This document shows positions 1 through 5,862 of a stretch of DNA of 64,000 nt, piece after piece. The notes under the pieces are model-generated. The model searched no databases. It worked only from the letters and a program-made list of their open reading frames with translations, and was not told the DNA's origin. How positions within the stretch are numbered: position 1 is the stretch's first letter; every line of letters begins with the position of its first letter. Location of the stretch: assembly GCA_043799405.1 (NCBI GenBank), contig JAZDNT010000003.1, positions 335,461 through 399,460 on the forward strand. The letters run 5' to 3'. The position numbers and the translations under genes were made by a program. Source of the stretch: Candidatus Kerfeldbacteria bacterium. Its GTDB lineage: Bacteria > Patescibacteriota > Patescibacteriia > SBBC01.

Positions 1-115
1 CTGTTGTTCTTTCATTGAAATATGTTGCGAGGGAGCGGTGACGATCAGCCCCGCACCAAGCGCTTGCGCTTCGGTGCGGGGGATAGGTTTTCCACCCGAG
101 CAACAAAGCTGGGAC

Positions 116-144
116 AGTATACACCTTCTGTCAAGAGGGGTCAA
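116..144 (-). promoter_or_regulatory. sigma70-type promoter TTGACC-N17-TATACT firing leftward out of hairpin module A
   Basis: The reverse complement of 139-144 is TTGACC and of 116-121 is TATACT, with a 17-nt spacer. The -35 lies inside the conserved left arm of the module. Downstream on the minus strand are a 9-bp GC hairpin (49-57/73-81) and an ATG at 15..13 whose ORF leaves the window. Confidence 0.4.
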
Positions 145-230
145 CCCCGTTAGAGAGTCCCTGTATATCAAGCGTATTGCAGAGGTCTCGGTATAGCAGC
201 TTTTCCAAGCTGCTCTCTAACGGGGTCAAG
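139..230 (+). repeat. Hairpin module copy A: GGTCAACCCCGTTAGAGAG - 55 nt - CTCTCTAACGGGGTCAAG
   Basis: The 13-bp perfect inverted repeat CCCCGTTAGAGAG/CTCTCTAACGGGG has GTCAA on both outer sides. The same arms recur at 2714-2803 with an unrelated loop. Confidence 0.8.
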
Positions 231-361
231 GGATATAGAGAGGCCCCCGGGTGCGCGAGCAACCGAGGGCCTATCAGACCGGGCGTATATGTCTTATGGC
301 AGCCTGTGAGCTACCACCTCCTTTCGTGAACGAGCCTTGAAACAGCTGCGCAGTTAGCGAC

Positions 362-1078
362 TCATGAGAAATTGCCGAGCCGATGCTGCTGCAGCAGATA
401 CACCTCCGCTTCGAGTCCCGCGAACGAGGTGAACACATGTTCATTCCACGGACACCCCACATCGTCGGTGAGCCAATTGTACTCGTTCGAACAGCCGTAG
501 ACGTCCTCTACGCCGCCGTCGACTGCGTACCGTCCGTGGTGAACCTTCCACCCGCCGCAGCGCGTGGGGCATGCGCCATGCATGAGGCGCATGAATACCT
601 GGTAGGCGCACACGCAGCACCCGACTGTACAGAGTAGGAGCATGATCCCAAGGAATTCCAGCTTCTCCAGTATCCCCTCCTTCTGCCGGTACGGATTCGT
701 GCCTGATTCGAGCGAGGCGAGAACCTTCTTGCACCGCGGTGTGAGCTGAAGGATGAGCTCGACAGCGTGCCCGCACGTCGTGCACACCTTGTCGCGGATG
801 CACGTTTCGTAGTCCCGCGGGCGCTCACCGTTGTAGGTAAGGTGTCCGCGGCAGCTGGGGTCGGGACAGGTGTCCGCGCTCAGCCGGATGTCGGTGTGTC
901 CTTCGCTGCAGCGACGGACCGCGCTTCCGTCAGCGAACCTGACGAACTTGAGCGGTTTGCCGCAGTGGCAGTCGAGGACGATCTCGCTCTCCTCCACGGC
1001 ACGGCACCGCCGGTGGAACAGAACGATGTCGAAGATGAACAATACAACAACTGCGAGGATCAGCAATGCGGTCATCAT
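362..1078 (-). CDS. Hypothetical Cys-rich membrane protein (N-terminal TM, zinc-ribbon-like CxC/CxxC clusters, central TM)
   Basis: 238-aa ORF and last gene of the minus-strand mini-protein operon. Hydrophobic segments are LLILAVVVLFIFDIVLF and FLGIMLLLCTVGCCVCAYQVF, with many paired cysteines. I recognise no family. Confidence 0.55.
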   Translation of the reverse strand: MMTALLILAVVVLFIFDIVLFHRRCRAVEESEIVLDCHCGKPLKFVRFADGSAVRRCSEGHTDIRLSADTCPDPSCRGHLTYNGERPRDYETCIRDKVCTTCGHAVELILQLTPRCKKVLASLESGTNPYRQKEGILEKLEFLGIMLLLCTVGCCVCAYQVFMRLMHGACPTRCGGWKVHHGRYAVDGGVEDVYGCSNEYNWLTDDVGCPWNEHVFTSFAGLEAEVYLLQQHRLGNFS

Positions 1079-1165
1079 GGCTCACGTCCTTGTTGAGGGT
1101 CACCCGAATTGCCATGAGATGCAGAGCGGGGTGCGACTTCGGGAACTCAGGGTTCGGGAACGGTA

Positions 1166-1303
1166 TCAACGGACGCGCTGACCTCCTTTCGTTCGCGGGC
1201 TGTTCTGACCCGCGTCGTTCTCCTCCAACTTGCCGAGGATCCAGAAGCAGAACGCTGCAGCGGCAAACAGCCCGATAAGGACTACCGGCCAGTTGCGATT
1301 CAT
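1166..1303 (-). CDS. Mini membrane protein, 45 aa (MNRNWPVVLIGLFAAAAFCFWILGK...)
   Basis: Hand-translated, below the ORF-track cutoff. Single TM helix. The ATG lies 4 nt after the stop of the upstream ORF, suggesting translational coupling. Confidence 0.4.
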   Translation of the reverse strand: MNRNWPVVLIGLFAAAAFCFWILGKLEENDAGQNSPRTKGGQRVR

Positions 1304-1307
1304 GAAC

Positions 1308-1451
1308 TCAGCAAATGAGGATTCCACAGGACCCTCCTTGCCGACGGCTCGTCGGACCGAGCATGCGGAGATACTTCACGAACTCCCATCCTCCGTTTGC
1401 CAGACCGATGAGCACGAGACAGCCCAGCATGTACAGCTCATCCGTTCTCAC
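1308..1451 (-). CDS. Mini membrane protein, 47 aa (GTG start; ...MLGCLVLIGLANGGW...)
   Basis: AAGGAGG lies 6 nt upstream of GTG at 1451. One hydrophobic helix. This is the inner part of the 77-aa track ORF 1308..1541. Confidence 0.4.
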   Translation of the reverse strand: MRTDELYMLGCLVLIGLANGGWEFVKYLRMLGPTSRRQGGSCGILIC

Positions 1452-1491
1452 GGCGTGCCTCCTTGGCGGGGCTGTAACATTTACCGCACGT

Positions 1492-1716
1492 TCAGAATCC
1501 CATCTCACGCGACGTTGTGGAAATGAACTCCACGTGGCCACAGCGATCGCATGGGAACCGTGCCGCCTTTCCCTGCGAGGTCGTGACGTAGTCGACGAAG
1601 TGGAGGCGACCCTTCTCGCACGCCGGACACCGGTCGAGGAACGACTGGCAGATCGTCCGAACGATCAGAACGAGGATCGCAACTACTACCACGAGGAACA
1701 GCACAAGTTTCAGCAC
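1492..1716 (-). CDS. Small membrane-anchored zinc-ribbon protein, 74 aa
   Basis: N-terminal TM (LVLFLVVVVAILVLIV) followed by CPAC...CDRC. GAGGAGG Shine-Dalgarno just upstream. Confidence 0.55.
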   Translation of the reverse strand: MLKLVLFLVVVVAILVLIVRTICQSFLDRCPACEKGRLHFVDYVTTSQGKAARFPCDRCGHVEFISTTSREMGF

Positions 1717-1768
1717 CTTCGTGCCTCCTCAAAGACGGAATGACCGTACTACCAACAGGACGTCGTCC

Positions 1769-1939
1769 TTACGACACGAGTGTGCCCCCGACGATCAGCG
1801 CTCCTCCCGTCTTAAGCGCCAGTTCAGCAAGGACGCCGACCGAGCGCCTGAATCCCACCGGACCGAAACCCGTCAGCGCGACGCAGCCGATGCTGGCCAC
1901 GACCGAAACGGCGCCGGCGTTGAACAGCACAATTGCCAT
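1769..1939 (-). CDS. Mini hydrophobic protein, 56 aa (MAIVLFNAGAVSVVASIGCVALTGFGPVGF...)
   Basis: Hand-translated. G-rich Shine-Dalgarno (GGGAAGGGGG) upstream. Gly/Ala/Val-rich with two hydrophobic stretches. Confidence 0.4.
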   Translation of the reverse strand: MAIVLFNAGAVSVVASIGCVALTGFGPVGFRRSVGVLAELALKTGGALIVGGTLVS

Positions 1940-1957
1940 AGCGGCCCCCTTCCCTGT

Positions 1958-2239
1958 CTAGACCATCCGCTCATTCCGCGGCTCGAGGTGAACCGTGCTG
2001 CTGCTTGGCTGGAACGGACAGCTATACATCACCAGGGCGAACAGTCCGCCCACCACGATCACGGCCTCGAGCACGAAGCCGAGCATGTCAATCCGTGCCA
2101 CACGCATCATTGCGTTCCTTTCATGGGCAGCGTTCTCTCCGAAGTACCTGTGCGCTGTTAGTAGGTCTGCTCGCGCTCGCAGCCTGGGCATCGGAACACT
2201 AAACAACGTTTCCTTGAAGATACCCGGTTGAGCGCGCAC
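1958..2239 (-). CDS. Small protein, 93 aa, basic N-terminus plus C-terminal TM (an internal ATG at 2110 would give 50 aa)
   Basis: GTG at 2239 is preceded by AAGGGAG with a 7-nt spacer. The C-terminal helix is LGFVLEAVIVVGGLFALVMY. Confidence 0.4.
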   Translation of the reverse strand: MRAQPGIFKETLFSVPMPRLRARADLLTAHRYFGENAAHERNAMMRVARIDMLGFVLEAVIVVGGLFALVMYSCPFQPSSSTVHLEPRNERMV

Positions 2240-2254
2240 AACACATCTCCCTTC

Positions 2255-2383
2255 TTACCACTCTTCGATCTCGGGATCATCATCCTTCTCGAAGAAGAGG
2301 ATGACCGTGAGCCACAGAAGGACGAAGAACTCGGACAGTCGATTCCGCGGCACATCCATATTCTCGATTGCAGTAACATACAT
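2255..2383 (-). CDS. Mini membrane protein, 42 aa (MYVTAIENMDVPRNRLSEFFVLLWLTVILFFEKDDDPEIEEW)
   Basis: Hand-translated. GAGGGAG Shine-Dalgarno 5 nt upstream. One TM helix and an acidic tail. Confidence 0.4.
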   Translation of the reverse strand: MYVTAIENMDVPRNRLSEFFVLLWLTVILFFEKDDDPEIEEW

Positions 2384-2410
2384 GATGACTCCCTCGCACC
2401 TGGTGTAGGC

Positions 2411-2536
2411 TTACGCGCAGGTGAGCATGAGGAGCAGAACGGCGCCTATGACGATCTTGACGGTCTGCCAAAAGCGTTCGTTCCGAGCAGCCTGTTCCTC
2501 CCATTCAAAGTCGTACCAACCATCGTTCTGATCCAT
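2411..2536 (-). CDS. Mini membrane protein, 41 aa (MDQNDGWYDFEWEEQAARNERFWQTVKIVIGAVLLLMLTCA)
   Basis: Hand-translated. First gene of the operon. GGGAGGA Shine-Dalgarno 4 nt upstream. C-terminal TM. Confidence 0.45.
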   Translation of the reverse strand: MDQNDGWYDFEWEEQAARNERFWQTVKIVIGAVLLLMLTCA

Positions 2537-2593
2537 CGGATCCTCCCTGAATGCGATGCGCCGAAAGCGATACGTTTCGTATGCTTACTATCC

Positions 2594-2618
2594 TTGCACA
2601 ATGCAAAGATACTTTGCA
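2594..2618. promoter_or_regulatory. Operator-like overlapping palindromes TTGCA-caa-TGCAA and TGCAAAG-ata-CTTTGCA in the operon leader
   Basis: There is a perfect 7-bp inverted repeat at 2602-2618 and a 5-bp inverted repeat at 2594-2606 that shares the TGCAA half-site. Both sit in the roughly 150-nt AT-richer leader between the putative promoter and the first mini-ORF. Confidence 0.3.
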
Positions 2619-2689
2619 GATTCGCGTATTTTCAAAGGGCTCCATACCGGCAGCCCTCCATTAGTAAGATCGAACCGGCATCTGCCGCA

Positions 2690-2719
2690 ACCATACTCCT
2701 TAGAAACGACAGCGGTCAA
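2690..2719 (-). promoter_or_regulatory. Putative promoter TTGACC-N18-TATGGT for the mini-protein operon
   Basis: The -35 is the same TTGACC in the conserved left arm of hairpin module B (rc of 2714-2719). The -10 (rc of 2690-2695) is weak and the spacer is long. Confidence 0.3.
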
Positions 2720-2803
2720 CCCCGTTAGAGAGCTACTGTAAATACCTTTCAACCAAAGCATAAACAGCAAACTCCGTTCATTGGACTCTCTAGCGGGGTC
2801 AAG
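2714..2803 (+). repeat. Hairpin module copy B: GGTCAACCCCGTTAGAGAG - 53 nt - CTCTCTAGCGGGGTCAAG
   Basis: The arms are identical to copy A except one A-to-G change. That change keeps pairing as a G-U wobble only if the plus strand is read as RNA. The loop is unrelated to copy A. Confidence 0.8.
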
Positions 2804-2813
2804 CGTCCAATCG

Positions 2814-2822
2814 TGCTATACT
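2814..2822 (+). promoter_or_regulatory. Extended -10 promoter TGcTATACT for uvrC (apparently leaderless)
   Basis: TGCTATACT ends 7 nt before the uvrC ATG at 2830. No Shine-Dalgarno fits in between. Confidence 0.45.
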
Positions 2823-2829
2823 TTTCGTA

Positions 2830-4719
2830 ATGGAATTTCCTAAAAATGTAACAGAAACGCTGCAGAAGCTCCCAGCGAAACCGGGTGTGTACATTTTCAA
2901 AGACGCGACGAAAAACGTGCTGTACGTCGGCAAGGCGAATAGGCTCCGCAGCCGCGTAAAGAGCTACTTCCGGCAGTCCGCAACTCTCGATCCTATAAAA
3001 CGGATCATGGTGGGAAGGATCGCGGAACTTGACTATATCATCGTCAGCACGGAGACCGAAGCGCTCCTGCTTGAATCCACGCTGATAAAAAGGCACCATC
3101 CGCCATTCAACGTCATTTTCAGGGACGACAAGTACTACCAGTACATCCGCATAGCGATTAAAGACGATTTTCCGCGCGTCGACACTGTCCGCCGTATCGC
3201 ACGAGACGGCAGCCGATACTTCGGTCCGTATACATCCGGGCACGCAGTACAACAGACGCTGAAGCTGCTCAAACGGATATTCCCCTACAAGTCGTGCGTA
3301 GAACCGCCGTCGCGCCTCTGCTTCGATGCGCGCCTCGGGCGATGCCTCGGCCACGATTTCGGTCCCGGGAGCAAAAAAGCGTACCGGGATATTATTGATA
3401 AGCTCATACGATTCCTTAAGGGAGACACGGATACCGTTTTACGAGACCTAAAGACCAGCATGAAGCAGGTAGCAAAAGAAAGGCAGTTCGAGCTCGCTGC
3501 GCGCTACCGCGACCGTATCTTCGCGATTCAGAAGGTCGCTGCGGAACAAAAGGTGGTCTCAACACAACAGGAAAATCAAGACACTATCGGTATCGCTCGT
3601 ATAGGCGATGTTGCAGCAGTGAACCTCTTTCAGGTTCGCGCCGGAAAGCTGATCAACCGTCAGTACCACGTGCTCCAACACGTCGAGCCGCTGTCCGATG
3701 CGGAAGTCCTCGCATCGTTCGCAGCACAGTACTACGCCGAATCATCGGATCGGCCGAGATCGGTCGTTACGCGCGTACTCCCCGTAGGCGTATCGAACCT
3801 CTCGACGCTTCTTCGGCTCATCTTCGAAGCGCCGACCCGCGGGAAAAAGCGGAAGCTCGTGCAGCTCGCCGAGGAGAACGCGGCCGACTACCTTGCACAG
3901 CGACAGAAGGAATGGCTCTCAAGGGAGGCGCGGATAAAGCTCGGACTAGCCAACCTTCAGCGAGCACTGCTGTTCCCTGATCCTCCGGAACGTATCGAGT
4001 GTTACGACATCTCGAACGTGCAGGGCGCGAACGCGGTCGGTTCCATGGTCGTATTCGAACACGGGGTCCCTAAAAAAACCGAGTATCGGAAGTTCAACAT
4101 CAAGACGGTCAAAGGAAGCAACGACTACGCAATGCTCCAGGAGGTCATCCGCCGCCGCTTTGACCATCACTCCCCTCCTGCCCGAGGAGGGGTGCCCGAA
4201 GGGCGGGGTGGTGGGAGTTCCTCCCCTGCCCGAGGTCGCCGACGCACTACAGCCGGTATGGCGACGGCGCGGGAGGATGTCGCGAAGCGACAGGAGGGGT
4301 GGGAGGATCCTGACCTCATCATCATCGACGGCGGAAAAGGACAGTTGAACGCCGTCCTCGCAGTACTACGCGAACTAAACATCATGATCCCGACCATCGG
4401 GCTGGCAAAGCGCCTCGAAGAGATCTTCAGGCCGGGCATGAAAGAACCCCTGCGGTTGGCAAAGGATTCCGAAGGGCTCTTCCTCCTCCAGCGTATCCGC
4501 GACGAAGCGCACCGGTTCGCAATCGGCTCATTCCGCTTGCGTCATGAACGGGCAACGAAACAGTCGCTCCTCGACGAGGTGCCGTGTATCGGCCCTGCGC
4601 TTAAGAAAAAGCTCCTCGCGCGGTTCGGAAGCGTCGAGGGGATCAGATTGGCCGATGACAACGACATCGAAACGGTCATAGGAAAACACAGAACGGCGAT
4701 CCTGCGGGAACATCTGTAA
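2830..4719 (+). CDS. uvrC: Excinuclease ABC subunit C (UvrC) with a repeat-derived insertion in an interdomain linker
   Basis: GIY-YIG N-terminus (GVYIFKDATKNVLYVGKANRLRSRVKSYF), UVR region (ELAARYRDRIFAIQ), IIIDGGKGQL endonuclease domain, and a C-terminal HhH region. Confidence 0.93.
   Translation: MEFPKNVTETLQKLPAKPGVYIFKDATKNVLYVGKANRLRSRVKSYFRQSATLDPIKRIMVGRIAELDYIIVSTETEALLLESTLIKRHHPPFNVIFRDDKYYQYIRIAIKDDFPRVDTVRRIARDGSRYFGPYTSGHAVQQTLKLLKRIFPYKSCVEPPSRLCFDARLGRCLGHDFGPGSKKAYRDIIDKLIRFLKGDTDTVLRDLKTSMKQVAKERQFELAARYRDRIFAIQKVAAEQKVVSTQQENQDTIGIARIGDVAAVNLFQVRAGKLINRQYHVLQHVEPLSDAEVLASFAAQYYAESSDRPRSVVTRVLPVGVSNLSTLLRLIFEAPTRGKKRKLVQLAEENAADYLAQRQKEWLSREARIKLGLANLQRALLFPDPPERIECYDISNVQGANAVGSMVVFEHGVPKKTEYRKFNIKTVKGSNDYAMLQEVIRRRFDHHSPPARGGVPEGRGGGSSSPARGRRRTTAGMATAREDVAKRQEGWEDPDLIIIDGGKGQLNAVLAVLRELNIMIPTIGLAKRLEEIFRPGMKEPLRLAKDSEGLFLLQRIRDEAHRFAIGSFRLRHERATKQSLLDEVPCIGPALKKKLLARFGSVEGIRLADDNDIETVIGKHRTAILREHL
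4171..4218 (+). repeat. GC palindromic repeat family A, copy inside the uvrC ORF
   Basis: TCCCCTCCTGCCCGAGGAGGGG ... GGGGTGGTGGGAGTT matches the intergenic copies at 49585-49624, 32538-32576 and 50488-50525 (reverse complement). Here it is translated in frame as SPPARGGVPEGRGGGS. Confidence 0.8.
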
Positions 4720-4820
4720 CAAAATCGCGGCCCCGGGTCACTCTCCTGGTACAGATGTCCAAGTGGGTGTCCCGAGGCCGGAAGAGCTAGCCCGTCACGA
4801 GAGAAGGCCTCCCGCGCGGG

Positions 4821-5234
4821 CTACGTTCGGTCCCCGACGTCGTCGGGCCCGAGCGCGGTGGTGGCGCAGAACTCGCTCATCAGGACCGAGCAGTCCGCGC
4901 AGACCGTATCGCCGTTGGAGCACCCCCGAGGCTCCAGGGTAGGATTGATCGTGCTGTTCACGCAGATGTCGGCGCCCGTGGTCGGGATACCGACGGTGAT
5001 CGAAGTGGCCGCGCAGATGGTCGCGGTGCCCGTGCTCGGCGTGAGCAGGGCCTGACCCGCCGCGTTGGCGCAGGTGCCGCAGATGTCGTCGATCGAATTC
5101 ACGAAATACCCGTTGCCCCCAGTGATGACCTGGGGCGGTGATTTCCCGTGGACCTGACCGATCGCGGCATTGCCGATCACGGCAGCCACGACCATCAGGA
5201 CCGCGAGGAAGATGAACCTCTTCAGAGTACCCAT
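4821..5234 (-). CDS. Secreted Cys-rich hypothetical protein in a small GC-rich patch
   Basis: Signal-peptide-like N-terminus (MGTLKRFIFLAVLMVVAAVIGNA), 8 Cys, Gly/Thr-rich. AAGGAGG Shine-Dalgarno. Confidence 0.6.
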   Translation of the reverse strand: MGTLKRFIFLAVLMVVAAVIGNAAIGQVHGKSPPQVITGGNGYFVNSIDDICGTCANAAGQALLTPSTGTATICAATSITVGIPTTGADICVNSTINPTLEPRGCSNGDTVCADCSVLMSEFCATTALGPDDVGDRT

Positions 5235-5322
5235 TGGGCACCTCCTTTGAAGTCACCTTGTGTGCGGATGGGAACGAACTTCCATGTTTCTGCCTGCCGC
5301 ACACTTCCAAGCAGAACGAAAG

Positions 5323-5351
5323 AAGTTAGCAGAATACTGTTCTCCTGTCAA
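5323..5351 (-). promoter_or_regulatory. Promoter TTGACA-N17-TAACTT upstream of the 4821-5234 gene
   Basis: The rc of 5346-5351 is TTGACA and the rc of 5323-5328 is TAACTT, with a 17-nt spacer. It lies in lower-GC flanking sequence. Confidence 0.45.
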
Positions 5352-5623
5352 GTCCCTTGTACGAAATGTGCCGTGTAACAAGCACAAACTAATGATATAG
5401 TGGGTATGCGGTTCTTATGAAAAAAACGCACGCAATAACAAAAGCCGAACGCCGAGAACGGCGGAAAAAGCCGACCATGAAGGTTTCCGGCGCCTCGGTA
5501 AAGACGCTCCAGAGGATTATTGCGACTCGCAAGAATGTTGACAGAGGGGGGTAACTGTGGTAACGTCCGTGTAGGCCTTGCATGGCCTTTTCAGTTGAAC
5601 GAACATTGAGTACCGCTAGAAGT

Positions 5624-5848
5624 ATGACGAGAGTATTAGAAATCGGACAGATCGTCGTCGCAGCGCTCCTCGTGACGGCTATTTTGCTACAGAGCAAAGG
5701 AACAGGCATCGGCGGAGTGTTCGGCGGCGGCGAGGGTAACATCTACCGGACAAAGCGTGGAGCTGAAAAGGTCATCTTTATCAGCACCATAGTGCTGAGC
5801 GTTCTCTTCTTCGGAATGGCGTTCGCATCCGTGCTCATCCGCCGATAA
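5624..5848 (+). CDS. secG: Preprotein translocase subunit SecG
   Basis: Two TM helices flank LLQSKGTGIGGVFGGGEGNIYRTKRGAEKV, a typical SecG loop. Start chosen at the internal Met of track ORF 5582..5848. Confidence 0.8.
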   Translation: MTRVLEIGQIVVAALLVTAILLQSKGTGIGGVFGGGEGNIYRTKRGAEKVIFISTIVLSVLFFGMAFASVLIRR

Positions 5849-5862
5849 CGAGGCGGAAACAA

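Noticed and set aside
139-230. Hairpin modules considered as integron attC sites or as MITEs
   Set aside because: GGTCAAC approximates the RYYYAAC inverse core, but the other end reads GGTCAAG rather than GTTRRRY. There is no intI gene. The conserved 13 bp are the inner rather than the terminal part of the arms, and no target-site duplication is visible.
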